From Camelus ferus (taxonomy: Eukaryota), in contig NC_045707.1 in NCBI RefSeq assembly GCF_009834535.1, positions 62,312,001-62,376,000 on the forward strand: a stretch of DNA of 64,000 nt, given 5' to 3'. Of the stretch, positions 24,430 through 37,915 are shown in pieces. Under the pieces are notes generated by a model. It saw only the letters and a program-made list of their open reading frames with translations. It was not told the DNA's origin and did no database searches. The position numbers were made by a program, and so were the translations under genes. Positions within the stretch are counted from its first letter, which is position 1. Each line of letters begins with the position of its first letter.

Positions 24430-25930
24430 AGGGGATTTCATTTTCTGCTTACAGAAGAATAGCTTATATCAGACAAAATCTCTCAACAAGAGTAAATATA
24501 AAACCTGAAATAAAAAGGAAAACTGCTCTTTGAAGATACTGGAAATCAACTCAGGCAGTCAGGACTTCAGGGTCCAAAATTCCCAAGAGAAGAGAAACAC
24601 AATGAAAAGACTTCAGCACTGTTTGTTTGCCACTTCCCTTCCTAAGGCATTTGCAGACTTGTCAACAACACGGGGCTCACAGGCCAAGTGAAAAATGGAT
24701 CTCAGAGTCTTCTGAAGTAGCACAGAATGATACACACCAAAATTAGAATTCAAAGCTACCAGAACAGCTTGCAATTAAAAAGCCAAAATCTCAGAGCAAA
24801 GACCGCAATGGAGAGGTGAACCTGATGGTATGTGACTTTTTGCCTATTTAGTGCTTTTAAACTTATTCTGCAGAGAGTGAGGGTCTGAGCAAACAACAGC
24901 AGTCTCTTCCAAAGAGGGGGAAAAAAAAGGCTATTCAGCTCCTGAGTAGGAGGAAAAGCCCTGGAAAATAGTCCAAGTTTTCAATTGAGACTCACAGTTA
25001 CTGCTAGATACAGCTGAATAAAGTATTAGTGGAATGGAAGATGAGTTGGTAGAAAAAATTAACTGATAATGAAGTGAGCATGAATAAAAATATAAGAAAG
25101 AATGTAAAATATTTATGGCACAAAATGCAGATGAATTGTAGGCCTGCAACGGGAGGCCTAGAAAGAGCAGAGAGAGAAAAGAAGTCAGGAAGTTTTCTTT
25201 GGTGAGACACTGCTGTGAATCTTCTAAAATTGATTTAAAAAAACATAAAGCTGCAGAGATAGGAATGATAAATATGAGAGTCAAACTTAGGCAAACTATA
25301 ACAAAGTCACTGAAATTCCATCAGAAATAGCAAAATGTTAAAAGCAATCAGAAGAAAATAGTGTTATCTTCAAGTAAGAAGCCCTAATAATGGCACCCAA
25401 TTTTTAACTATAAATGATGCAAACCAGAGAACAATAGATGATATATTTAAAATAATTTAAAATAAATGCTAATCTATAATTTAATATCCACCTAACATAT
25501 ATTTAAAACGAAAGGTAAATTATACATAAGACCCTTCCTCCCCTCAAAGAAAGAATTTATAGGTAGCCAGTATGCACTAACAGAAACACTAAAGGATGTT
25601 CTTGAGATAGAAGAAACGGTATTTCAATTGGATTTTCAGCAATGAATGAAGGGATAAAGAACATTGGAAAGGATGAAAATGTGCTAAATTTAAATAAAAT
25701 TGGCTATATAAAAACAATAATATGAAAACTTACTAAGAATGAAAACACCTGACAAAGGAAGCACAAAATATGGGAGGGGATAAACCAACCAGGTACTTTA
25801 ATAGGAATTCTATGCATGAAAAAATAATGGATCCAAAATTAATGTTGAGATGGATTAGTAACACTTTTCTTCCAATAAAACTAAACAGTAATAATAGAGT
25901 GTGAAAAAGTAGCAAGATATACTGAAAAAA
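24430..25930 (+). mobile_element. Ancient L1ME/HAL1-like 5' UTR plus ORF1 remnant
   Basis: 5'-end-like 'gaatagcttatatcagacaaaatctctc...tttgaagatactggaaatcaac'; A-rich ORF1-like 'agatacagctgaataaagtattagtggaatggaagat' and 'gcaaaccagagaacaatagatgatatattt'. Confidence 0.65.
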
Positions 25931-27217
25931 AAGTGTCCATAATCAGAATATAAAAATTGAGGAAATGCCTTATGAGGGAGATACCTTTTGTGTTCTATCC
26001 TATACATGTGTGGGCAATTTGAACATAGGTGAATGAAGGAAGGAGCCCTTTCAGGCAGAGGAATTGAGTGAGCCTAGAACACGAGGTAAAAATCTAAATC
26101 CATACTTAAGAGATTGGAGACAAGTCTACTTTGGTTGGATTATACAGTGGTTGAAAAAGAAAGAGCAGTAAGTAAACCCAAGTGGGGTGGCACGTGGCGT
26201 TCCGCACCCTCTGCTCCTACAGCACTTTTGCACTGTATCACACTGTAGCTCCTGGGGAAGAAAGGAATGTTGCTTCAGAAAGACCATCAGTTTTGTTTTA
26301 AAATACAAGTAGCAGGGTACTGCCTTTGATTCAACTATTTTAAGACCTTGTTTTCTCAACCTAAGTGCTTGCTGTTCCCAAATATGCAAGAATAACTTTT
26401 GCACTTTTACCCTCCAATACTTCTTGGTTGGCTTTGCAGAAATAAGTTTTAAGATTTAAAAAAATGGTGAATGGAAAAAAAAAAAAAAACCAGATATCTC
26501 TAAAGTAGTCAAATAGTAAATCCCATGAAAGCAGAGATACGATTTTAATTTTTAATTAATTACATATGTTGTATATTTAAGTGTAAAGTGAACGTGTTGG
26601 CCTTCAGAAAAGCTTTTAGTTGGCAGCACTGCACAGGACAGATTAGATAAAGAAAATACCAAATTCAGGGAAATCAGAATCAAGACAACCAGAGCACAGT
26701 AATCTAGTTTACTAATAATGACTGCCTGACTCGGCATGGTAAAAGAGGCTAGCTCCATTTTAAAAAATGCTGAGAGAAATAAATAAGAGGATTAGAAATT
26801 AATTACATTGCTGCATAAATTAAGGTGTGGAAGTCAGGGAGGACTCTGGTGTTATCTGCCTAGGGCAAGGAGGCACTGGAAATGAGGAAGACATGGCTGG
26901 AAGATAATCATTACATATATACTCAGAGTAGTTTGAGTGTGAATGATCTTTCCCGAAAGGGCTTTATAAAAACTGTTTCTTCTTTTCTGTTGTCTTCTTC
27001 AAAATGTATATAGGAACTATGATTTCATAATTAAAACTGAATTTTGTTTCATAGGGATTTCTGCTTTAGTCCTTTTAGTGTTTACCATCAATGGCATGTA
27101 AAAATGGGACCACTGAAACAGAATACTTACAAACAGCATGGTTTGGTGAAAACAATATTCTGTTAAGACTCATGAGTACTGAGTTCTAGTTCTTCTAGTT
27201 CTGCCAATGCCACTCTG

Positions 27218-27700
27218 CTAGTCAGGACTCTACCAGTTAAAAGTGAATTTGACGGCACTAAAAAGAAAGCTGACTACAGTGGCTTTTCAAAGAGGGTTAT
27301 ATTTGTCTTATAAACAAAAGATGACCAGAGATGAGCAGCCCAGGCTGCAACTGCTCGAAAGGTCATTAAGTACTTTTATAAACCAGCATTCTTAGCACGT
27401 GTGCTTTATCCTCCTGGTTACAAGACAGTTGCTCCAACCCCTGATGTCACACACCTTCTCTAGGTGAGAAGAAGGTAAAGGCGAAATGTGAATCATTTGA
27501 GTCTATGCTTTTTATGAAGAAAACAATCCAGGAAACTCTATCTGGTAGATGTCTGTTGACATGTCACTAGTGGTAATTGTGATACCCTTATCAACAAGGC
27601 AGTGTAAGGGTATGAACATTTTTAATGAGGCCTATGGGCATCCAAATTAAATTGGTGTTGTATTATTAGGAAAAAAGAGTGGATATTGATAAGACATCTA
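27218..27700 (-). mobile_element. Old MaLR LTR (MLT1J/K-like) inside a MIR (27130-27800)
   Basis: 'tagtcaggactctaccagttaaaagtga...atcctcctggttacaagacagttgctccaacccctgatgtcacacacc'; MIR pieces on both sides. Confidence 0.6.
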
Positions 27701-29184
27701 AGAATGTTTGTTCTTATAATCTTTTTTTTTTCCTCATTTGAAAAATGAAGGAGTTGCATAATCTATAAGGGTTAGATCAACTCTTACAATCTGAGATTAC
27801 ATATTACCCAAAAAGAATTTGACCACTGTATTCAGATACATCACATTTCATATCATAATCATAATAAAAAATCAATTGTCTTGGCTGTAAATGGTACAAC
27901 TCGGAATTTTATTTGTGATTATGACAGTAAAATGCTTCATTATAACTTAAAGTTTCTCTTTCATTAGAATAAGCAATAGCTCTGAACACTGAGTAAGCTA
28001 ATGTCAGAAATGAGTTAATTAGACTTTTTGCTTTTTATATTGTTTACATCAGATCTAAAGGACTCTTGCACTTCAAAGTAGCAGAAATGCAATTTCATGG
28101 TATTCTGCTTAAGTGACTTAGAGATATATACTAACTGCCTAAAGTTTGATTATTTTAATGATTTTAAGTCTACCAAAACTCAGATAAGGACTTGCGATTT
28201 TCTAACCAATGTACTTGTTCCAGAATGAAGATGCTAATCTGAACATTAAATTATAAATTCATCAAAACTAATGGGCAGACCACAGAGAAGACAATCTTAG
28301 TAAAAGAAACTAAAAGCCTATAAAAGTTTTATACATAATTCATGACAGGCATAGAATAAACTATCACAGAACCTAAACATTATTATCAAATAACCTGAGG
28401 TTACTGGTAGAGCATATCTAGACTTCTAATCAAAAATTCACTCAACTAGATTTAGTTCATTGACAGAATAACTAGTAGATTAAAATTTCTATTTTGTTAA
28501 TTGGCTTTTTGTTATTATATAAATGTACTATTTTTAGATCTCGATAGATGCTGAATATGAGTAAAATATTTAAAGCTGGCTACTATTTGTATGAAGTTAA
28601 TAAAGTGATGCATTACCTTTGAGTAATTTAAAGTGTTCTATTTAAAAATATCCTCTTTTTAAGGTTTACTTATTTATGCATTTATTCATCAGGTATGATA
28701 AGGAGTTTTCTACATTATGACCAATAAGCAATATGTACATGTTTTGCACAGGCAAATGCAATGCCATCTATTTTATAAATATTTCAGAAACTTAACATTC
28801 TTATTTAAATAATTAATGTATATATTTTATATTTTTGAGTTGAAAATTATTTTAGAAATGATAATAATTTTGTTACCTTGATTATTTTGATTGAGGGAGT
28901 TCAGTATATATTATCTAAAATAACACATCCTCTTACTTAATTTTCAGTTGTAGATTGGTAAGTGGATAGTGGCAACTTTCTAGTAGACAGCACATATAAA
29001 TAAAGTCATACATACCCACAAGCTTACACATCACATGAATGCATGAGTGTATATGTGTACAGATATGTATATTCATCAACATACATGAACACATGTATAT
29101 ATGCAGATTTATATTTTTAAAGTATATGAGAAATCCTATGTTATCAAAAATAAACTGATGAAAATCTGTAGATGTTCAAAGATT

Positions 29185-29510
29185 GACTCTGGTCTCCCAC
29201 TTTTGGTAATGAATATTAAGTAACTCTGGCAGCTTTCTCACTGAGAATAACTCAAAGAGCTGGACAAATGCAATGTTTTAAGCTACTTAGAGTAAAGTAA
29301 AAAAATTCTGCAATGTTGTATGAGGAGGAGCTAAGGGAGGTGAGCATGAGATTTGGAACTTTCTGCTCTTCTAGGTATTTTATGATCCTGGTTAGGGTGG
29401 CGGAGAAGCTGAGTTGTATGGCTGAGGTGTTTTCACATGACTTTCCATGGGAATTTCAAAGATGGAGGGGTGCCAAAATAGATAAATGTTCACACTCCAA
29501 AGTCAGATAA
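29185..29510 (+). mobile_element. Old L1 5' end remnant
   Basis: 'cccacttttggtaatg...ctttctcactgagaataactcaaagagctggacaaa' resembles L1ME 5' ends. Confidence 0.4.
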
Positions 29511-30024
29511 CCTAGGTTTCCTTGTTTACTAGATCTAGTTCCTGGAGAAAATTAACCTTGAACTTTTCTTCTCCTTCTTTGATACTTTAGAATATAAATA
29601 GTACAATATAAGGCTCATTATTAACATATACTATGCTAAATGATAGGGTAATGGTAGAGGAAAAGGAAAGGAAATTTCTTAATAGATACATAAATATATT
29701 CCTATTCAGCACAGGGGAAAATACTCAACGCATACCATCCTTATTTGACTAATGATCTTGTGATTGTAGCTGGTATATTTGTATCTACCATCCTGGTAGA
29801 TATAACTCTATCAGTATTTTCTGAGATATTTAAAGTAATTAAAAGTCCTACAGGTAGAACAGACTTAATCCAGTAGAAACATAATAAAAAAATATTGACA
29901 GTCTTTCCAAACAAGCAAAAAAAAAAAAAAAAAAAAGGATAATAAACAGGAAAATTTGCTCAGCCTTACGTATCATCTTGGAAATAACTCATATAATATA
30001 TACAAGTTCAAATCTACTAAACAG

Positions 30025-30177
30025 TGAAAGAATGAGAAAAGAAACAGAGAGAAGGAAGGAAGGATAAAAAGAAGAAAGGAAAGAAGGAAGGAAGGGAAGA
30101 AAAGGAACAAGAAAATGCAGGGAAAGGAAAACTAAAAACAAAAAAAAAAAAAAAAAAAAAAGGAAAAGGAAAGGAAT
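30025..30177. repeat. Purine-rich / poly(A) low-complexity tract
   Basis: GGAA/GAAA runs plus an A run of about 20; source of the Phe/Ser-rich ORF 30017-30286. Confidence 0.95.
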
Positions 30178-30900
30178 TAGCCAAGTTAGAGAAGACTGAT
30201 GTTACAGGTTGGGGAGGATGCAGAGCAACAGCAGTTCTCAGACACTGTGGTAAGAATGGCATTGGCAACAAAATTTTGGAAAACAATTTGACACTATCTA
30301 GTAATGTTAAAGATATTCATAACCTCTTACCTACATACTTTATCCAAAAATTATAATGGCAATTATTTATGAACATGTCTATAAAAAGACAAAAGGATAT
30401 TCACTGGGATAGTTTGTAATGGCAGTATATTGAAAACACCTTCATTTACAAGAGAATAAATTGTTCAATAAAATTTAGTTAAATTGTCGTAGAGATATAC
30501 AATTAACTACTATTTTAGGAGTAACATGGAATGAACTGTGATTCCTATTTCAACGTAGAAAGACCACAGAATATAATACTGTAGAAAAAAAGCAAAATAT
30601 GTAAATTCCTATAAAACAATAATTTAAATATAAATAAATGTACATATTTAAACTATGCATGAGAATAATAAGCACCATAACAGGGTAATAGATTCCTATA
30701 GAAGGCAAAAAGAATACAAAGTATAAATGGCTCAATGATTTTGTTTTTTTTACTTCCCTGCCTCATCCCCAGACCTTGAACAGAAACTAGCACAAAAGTG
30801 TTGAATAAATGAATGAATGAATATACAATAATTTCAGTTTCTTATTCTGTGTAATTACCGAGATTTTAATTATATTATTCTCTGTACTATTATGCTAAGT
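30178..30900 (+). mobile_element. L1ME-like 3' fragment with an L2 tail at about 30770-30822
   Basis: 'ggttggggaggatgcagagcaacagcagttctcagacactgtggtaagaatg...ttttggaaaacaatttgac'; L2 tail 'tgttgaataaatgaatgaatgaa'. Confidence 0.7.
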
Positions 30901-31314
30901 ATGAAACACTGTAGAATTCTAAAAACTAAAGAAAACTACTGACTCTTCACATAAAAATTTAGGCAGTTATTCTGATTTTTAAAAAAATTTCTGTGTCATT
31001 TTGTCTAAGTTATTTATCCTTAAAAGAGATTATGTAATAGTATTTTTCTATTCATAATGATAAATTGAAATTATGAATAAAATCAATACTATTACAGTTT
31101 TATCCTCAAAAGTTGTTTTGAATCAAAGAATTCTAGTATTCCCACAATAATCTTCTACCTAGTAAATGCAATTGAAGTAACCATGTACACACTTCAAAAA
31201 ATGTCCAAGATTAATGACATTGGGTATTTATCTGAAACTTAAATTAAGCAAAATAATTTTTTTAATATTGGAGTAGCACCCATTATCTTGCCTTGCTCAG
31301 CATCAGTTTGTACT

Positions 31315-31430
31315 GACCCAATAACTTGCTGAAGGCAGGTTATGCTAATGAGGCCAAGGTCACAAGCTCTCTGCCTTGTAGGCCAGTTAGTTTGCTCTGT
31401 ACCTTGGCTCTTGATTGCACTACATGGTGG
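31315..31430 (+). mobile_element. MamSINE1-like tRNA-derived SINE fragment
   Basis: 'tgctaatgaggccaaggtcacaagct...ggccagttagtttgctctgtaccttggctcttgattgcac': decayed tRNA-Ile-like head followed by the MamSINE1 body as recalled. B-box is destroyed. Confidence 0.7.
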
Positions 31431-31660
31431 TGAGTCTTGCTTGAGAAATTATACAAACAGAAAAAAAATTCTTCATTTAAAAGAACAGACTGGAAATCTT
31501 TAAAAACACAATTTTTCTCTTCTGGAAATTAAGTTGTTCCTAGAATATAAGAATCTAGAGGAAATATTAGAAATTAAGGGGCAAAGAGAAATTTCTTAAC
31601 ATTTAAGTTAGAGTTAGAAATACAAATCTGAAGTCATTCCTGGGTTATGTTTTTCTGGTA

Positions 31661-32866
31661 GAGGGATACTCTGGAGATATTGTGGGTTTGATTCCAGACC
31701 ACCGCAATGGAACGAGGATCGCAATAAATGAGCCACACAATATTTTTGGTTTCCAGTGCATATAAAGGTTATGTTTACACTGTATTTCTGTAGTCTAGTA
31801 AGTGTGCAATAGCATTATGTCTAAGAAAAGTACATACCTTGATTAAAAATACTCACTTGCTAAAAATTCTAACCATCATCTGAACCTTCAAGGAGTTGTA
31901 ATTTTTTTTTTTCTTTTTTTTTTTGCTAGTAGATAGTCTTGCCTGGAGGTTGATGACTTCTGACTGATCAGGGTGGTGGTTGCTGCAGGTTGGGGTGATT
32001 TTGGTAATTTCGTAAAGCAAGACAACAGTGATACTTCCTGCATCAATTGACTCTTCCCTTCACAAATGGTTTCTCTGTAGCATGCAATGCTGTTTGATAA
32101 AATTTTACCCACAGTAGAACTTCTTTCAAAATTGCAATCAATCCTGTCTAACCCAAATGCTGCTTTATCAATTATATTTATGTAATATTCTATATACTTT
32201 ATTGTCATTTCAACAATCTTTCTAACATCTTCACCAGGAGTAGATTCCATTTCAAGAAACTACTTTCTTTACTCATCCATAAGAAGCAATTTCTCATCTG
32301 CTGAAGTTTTATCATGAGATTGCAGCAATTCAGTCTCATTTTCAGGCTCCACTTCTAAGTCTCATTCTCTTGCTATTTCCACCATACCTGCAGTTACTCT
32401 CTCTGCTGAAGTCTTGAACCCCTTAAAGTCATCCATGAGGATTGGAATCAATTTCCAAGCTCCTGTGAATGTCAGTATTTTGACCTCTTCTCATGAATCA
32501 TAAATGTTCTTAATGGCATCTAGAATGGTGAGTCCTTTGCAGAAGGTTTTTAATTTGCTTTGTCCAGATCCACCAGAGAAATCACTATCTATGGCAGCTA
32601 TAGTCTTACAAATTGGATTTCCTAAATAATAAGATCTAAAAGTCAAAATTATTTCTTCACCAATGGGCTGCAGAATGAGTGTTGTGTTGGCAAACATGAC
32701 AGTTCATTGTGTATCTCCATCAGAGCTCTTGGATGCATTGTGCATGAGCAGTAATATTTGAAAGGAATCATTTTTTTCTGAGTAGCTAGTCTGAACTGTG
32801 GGGTTAAAATATTCAGTAAACAGATGGGCTGTCATCTAGGCTTTGCTGTTCTATTTACAGGGCACA
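31661..32866 (-). mobile_element. Tigger1 DNA transposon, 3' half (one end present)
   Basis: Starts after TA with 'gagggatactctggagatattgtgggtttgattccagaccaccgcaat' (Tigger1 terminus); the minus strand encodes transposase pieces. Confidence 0.95.
31888..32697 (-). pseudogene. Decayed Tigger1 (pogo/CENP-B family, TIGD1-like) transposase C-terminal region
   Basis: ORFs '[23 protein letters not shown]' (DDE_1 motif NTTSILQPMDQGVI) and 'MESTPGED...NFERSSTVGKILSNSIACYRE...PQPAATTTLISQ', broken by stops and frameshifts. Confidence 0.9.
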
Positions 32867-33046
32867 GTAATGGAGAAAAGTAATTTGTACTTTGCAGTAT
32901 ATTACTATCTCATTTAAACCACAGCACGACACTACAGTATAGGAATTATTATACCAAATTTACACATAAGAAAATTAAATATTTAAAAAAAAAATTTGAC
33001 CAATTTTGTCCTAGGGATATCCTAGGACTATTTGTCCTAGGACAGA

Positions 33047-33232
33047 CTGGTGATGTGCTTGAATGTGCTCGTTATCAGCTCATGCGAGCCAATCGTTAAA
33101 TTTTGTGAGAAGGTTTTTAAACTGTTGGTGGCTCTTAAATGGCCATGGTGGGGGTATTTACACCACAGAAATTGGCAAATACTGTAAGTCAGAGCTCTCT
33201 TTTCAGAGAGCGGCTTTATCAGCACACAGCTG
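33047..33232 (+). mobile_element. MER63A (hAT-Blackjack) MITE inside a minus-strand MIR
   Basis: 'tggtgatgtgcttg...gagccaatcgttaaatttt...ggccatggtgggggtatttacaccacagaaattggcaaa...tcagcacacagctg' with inverted termini. Confidence 0.85.
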
Positions 33233-35849
33233 AATGACATTCAGCTAATTTCTATAGAGTTAGGATTTATATTCTTCTGTGTTTTGTTAAAGAACCATGT
33301 TTTTGGTCTCTGTGTAATATGGTTTTCATGTGACAGCATCTCTCTTCAAAAATTTATTATTATGTATTAGTATAGCATTAGGTAAGGTTAATAAATCTTA
33401 AATTATATTTTATAGCACTTAATACTAAATCACACTTATACTGATTAAATTAGTGATCCTTGAATGTCAGACTAGAAAATGTGTCCTTTATTTAATAGCT
33501 AAGTGGGAGGTTTCATTCCAGGCAGGGCCATGACCAGAACTATGACAAACTCCTTAACACATTCTCTGACAGTAGGGTGACAAGTGGTTTTCTTTTTAGA
33601 AGAAACTAGAGGTAAGCAATCAGAAGGCTATTAAAACAGTCTCTGTGAGAGGTAACAAGGTCTTCACTAATACAGTAGTAGCAAGTGTGGTTCCTGATTT
33701 TTATTGTTACTTCCAGAGGACATCTGCATACCCTAATAAATGCCATATGGGAACTAAGCTTTGGTAGCTCAGTACAAAATTTGCTCCTATAAAACATTTA
33801 ATTTGTGTGAATTGATAATATTGTACCTGAATGTCTTCCTTAAAAAAAAAATTTAGTTCTCTCCTAGAGAGCACTGTACCATTTCTAATTATTTGATGAG
33901 AGTAATGAAGTGAATTCAACTTCAAATTTTTAGAGGCTTATGAATTATGCCTGATTGAAAGCACTTTTGTCCTAGGAATATCCACTCTTTTCATGTTAGT
34001 TTTTCCTCCATCTGTCCAAATATTCAGAACGTGAAGAATATATTTGATCATATCCAAATCGTTCTTTTTCTTTTTTGTTTTGCTAAATGGAGTCCTCTAA
34101 GAAAAGGTCACTCTCCATTTGATCAGATTTTAATCTGTCTTGGAAACATGATAACAATAAGAGTTAAGATGATGGACTCCATACCTTTTGTTTTAGTGCT
34201 TTTAAAATGTTATTAGTTCCTATTCTTAAACAGAAAAGAACTGATCACCTCCAGTATCATAAGCAGAAAGAGGAACAAATTTATGCTTAATCTAAGGATA
34301 TATCACTAGATATTTACATAAAATTTGTATAGTTGATAGTTTATAATTTAATAAATCAATTTAACATATGGTTCATGATCAAATCAGAACTTAAAAACAT
34401 ACATAACAAGTATAAATCTCAGTCTGTAAGCTCTCTTGTGAAAGAAACATCATTTACTTATTTGTTATAACTTTATTAAGGTTTTACACTGAGCTTCCAT
34501 TCTCCCATTCTCTTGGACCAGTCTTATAGACAAGTTCAGTAATTGTTCTGTTCTCTTCTCTTGTTTGCCCTGGTTCCAAGCCCCTATATATGGCCACGGT
34601 CCAATGGCAGAAGTGGCTCCATTTTTTAGTTATCTACCTACATAGGTCACCAACCATCCTGCACATATGTCCTCTTTAGGAGTGATGGCTCTCTATATAG
34701 CATTTTGGTAAAATTCTTTGTAAATGGAAAATTTTTTTGAGTTTTGAACCCCTATGCCGAGGGCCTGAAGTAATTTATGAAGCAGACTCTGGTTTTCTAT
34801 TACGTCTAGACTCAAAGGTCTTCCCCTGGTTTTTCAGGCCATGGAAGACTCCATATAATCTGGAGAAAATCTTTCTTCCATCACGTTTCATCAAGTCACC
34901 TACTTCTATCTGAAACCGCATTTCTTTTTCTTTTACCTCCTTAAAAAAGCCTCTAAATTCTCCTATAAGTGAAAGCTACTGGAAAATAGGATCCAGGTCT
35001 ACTGTGTTTCCTGCCAAAGGCTTCCCTTGGAGCTATGAAATATAGACCAAAGTGCCTGAAAGTGATGGAGGCAGAGGCCAACATCTCAGGAGAATCTCCC
35101 ACTCACATAAGAAATATTATATATTTCATACACAAGCATAAGATATTGACTGTGAGGACTTCTTGACTTGGTATGTTTATGCTTATTTGTGAATGTGGAT
35201 TATGTGGGTTGTCTGGGAAAATATTACTCTAAAAGTGATGTAACTATCCTCTCACCAGAAGGATCTGTAAACATTTTAATACTGAGATTCTCTTGACATT
35301 GAGTAATATTATCCTAGAAAGAAAGGAAAGAGTTGAGATGGGGTCAAATTTATGACCACGACATAGCAAAACCAACCTGAATGATGGTCTAGCCCAAATG
35401 ACATTGATGTTCTAATAAGCTGTTTCAGTCAGTCACAGAATATCACCAAATTTTAACAATGTACAAAGCCACATACAGTTCATACAGGTAGACAGTGGTC
35501 CTAATTACTAATTATCCTAATTTTCATGTATCTCAGGTTTAGAAAGATTCAGGTCAATCATTGTAAAAAGAAATAAGATTAACTTCTTTCTGTCAGTTTG
35601 ATTTACTGATTCCTATGTATTAGTCTGGGCCATAAAAAGTTAATTTATTCCTAAGGCAAAGACTAAACTGCCTTTGTAGTTCACCGGGATACTTTCAGAA
35701 TCCTATTAAACAGTGAAAAAAAAGTATCATATTATCTATTTCCAGCAATAAGAATCAACATTATATCAACAAAAAGAAATATCCTAAAACAGACAAAAGT
35801 GTTACTAAATCTCTCTCGATTTCTCTGCTCCTCTTATCAAAAGGCCAGA

Positions 35850-36595
35850 TTTACCGGTGTCACGCAGTGTGGCTTATTGGTCACCCAATGACAGGACAGG
35901 AGTTGTACTCAGACCCCTTGTGTCCCTGAGGCTTCCACTCTGCTGATGGATCTGGAGATGGGGGTGGGGTTGAACAACAGTTTTTCAAGCCTGCCTTGGC
36001 TTTTATGTTCTGGTCCAGCTCAGTTTTCTCTGTGCATGCTCCCAGTTTTTCAGTCAGCCAAGAACGTGTGGGGAGCTTAGCTTCCGGGGCTCTTTGATTT
36101 CCAGTCTCTCCCTTTTAAAGGTCTGGTTTGTCTGACACTTTCTCCAGTCAAGTCCACAACCTCAGGCTACTGGAGTTTTGATTTTCCACTCTTGTTTCTT
36201 ACTTAGTTTGCTCCTTTCACTTACTACGCCATACAGTGTGGTTTTTCATAACTTTGAGTGAAAATAATCAAGTCAGCCTCCTTTGTCAGCAAAATTGCTA
36301 GTTTTCTTGGCCAGCCACACCCTGGTTAAACTACTGTGCTGACAAAACAGGAGGTGGGGTGCGGGGTAGGCATGGGAACAGCCCCAGGCCAGAAGGCCAT
36401 AGAATCTCATTGTTTCTAACTCAAGTTCTAGCATTTTTTCCTAAATAAATGCTTCTCAATTTGTTTTTGCCTTTGATAAACTTTCAGTGTCCTGGTATGA
36501 CTGTTTTCGACAATCGTACAGTTTTATACTTGCTTTTTTTTTTAGAAGATTTGCTGACATCTTCTATCTATCATTGCTGGAAAGCCTGCCTTATT
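35850..36595 (-). mobile_element. Old L1 (L1M4/L1MC-like) 5' end, antisense
   Basis: 'aataaatgcttctcaatttgtttttgcctttgataaactttcagtgtcctg...cagttttatacttgc' resembles antisense old L1 5' UTR. Confidence 0.55.
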
Positions 36596-36599
36596 TTTT

Positions 36600-36785
36600 G
36601 CACTGTTGAAGGATTTTTTAATTATCTCATTTTATCATCACAACCAGTGTATGAATTAATGCTTTTTTATATTGTAATTTTAGAGAAACAGAACCCACGA
36701 ACAAATAGATTCAGAAGTATAACCAAGAGTAAGGTCTACACATGCCCAAAGATGTATTATTGGCTTATTCCAGAGAACTCATTCA
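36600..36785 (-). mobile_element. MIR (diverged)
   Basis: 'ttatctcattttatcatcacaaccagtgtatga...attttagagaaacagaac...agtaaggtctacaca'. Confidence 0.55.
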
Positions 36786-37519
36786 TGCCAAAGTGACAGG
36801 AGGCCATCCGTTGCATTAATACATTAAGAAAAACAAAACCAAACCATGACTCTTCATCAGTAACACATATTCACACATAATATTCTTCACTTTCATAGCT
36901 GAGAACAGAGTGATCCCTTTATACTCCCCGTAATCACTTTTCCTCCCATACAATATTCAAATCTCCTCAGTATTGAAATACATTAATTGGTTTTATTAAG
37001 TGTAATGGATGTTTCTGAAATTAGGAGCATACTTAGATTCAAAAAAAAAAAAAAAAAAAACAAGAAACAGCTCATTTATGCAACATGTAACAAAAACACA
37101 GGTCCATTAGGACAAACACTTTTTAAAACACAGCACAAAAGTGATAAAATTATTTTAGCATCAAACAATCACTTTAATTATGTTTTTCAGTTCTATCTCT
37201 GAGGTTGGAAACATACTTTAATAAAATGTTTCCCACATGTGCATTCAGTCTTTCCATAAAGCACTCAGTTTTGTAATAAAAACACAGCTTATTTTAAAAG
37301 TAGAAATTCTAAGCAGTCCAAACAATAGGCTTTGCAAAATCTGACAGGGAAGTTGAGTGCTATCATGAGATACCATGAAATAAACAATTCTAAATTCAGA
37401 TCACCATTTTAGTTTTGTTGGAAAGATATATGTAATATCTCAATTTTAATTTGTATTTCAGTATTTAGTTTTGTTGAGTATATGATGCAAAATTATAGCT
37501 TAAAACTGGCTTAGAATGT

Positions 37520-37915
37520 TTTATTAGTCAGCTTAGGCTGCCATAACACAATACCGTAGACTGGATTAAATGACAGAAATTTATTTCCCACAGATCTGGA
37601 GGCTGGACACTCCAAGATCAAGGTGTTGGTAATATAAAAGTTTCAATCTGAGGCCTCTTCTCTTGGTCTGAAGGCAGCCAGCTGGCTGTGTGCTTACATT
37701 ACCTCTTCTTTGTATGTTCACACAAGAATTAGAGGGAGCACTCTGGTGTCTCTTCTCATGAGGACACTAGCCCCATTGGACCAGGGCCCACCCTCATGAC
37801 TTCATCTATCCTAACTACCTTCAGAAAGCACCATCTCTAAATACCATCTCATCACAATGAGAGTTGGCGCTTCAAATTTGAATTCTGAGAAGACACAAAA
37901 ACTCAGTTCATAACA
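37520..37915 (-). mobile_element. MLT1A/B-type solo LTR with a perfect 5-bp TSD
   Basis: 'tattagtcagcttaggctgccataacacaataccgtagactgg...ctggaggctggacactccaagatcaaggtg...cagttcataaca'; TSD aatgt at 37515-37519 and 37916-37920. Confidence 0.92.

Noticed and set aside
31330..31385. tRNA-Ile gene
   Set aside because: Only the anticodon-arm region resembles tRNA; T-arm/B-box and acceptor stem are decayed, and it runs into a SINE body.
34582..34594. CArG box (cctatatatgg)
   Set aside because: Has seven A/T bases between CC and GG rather than six; isolated motif with no support.
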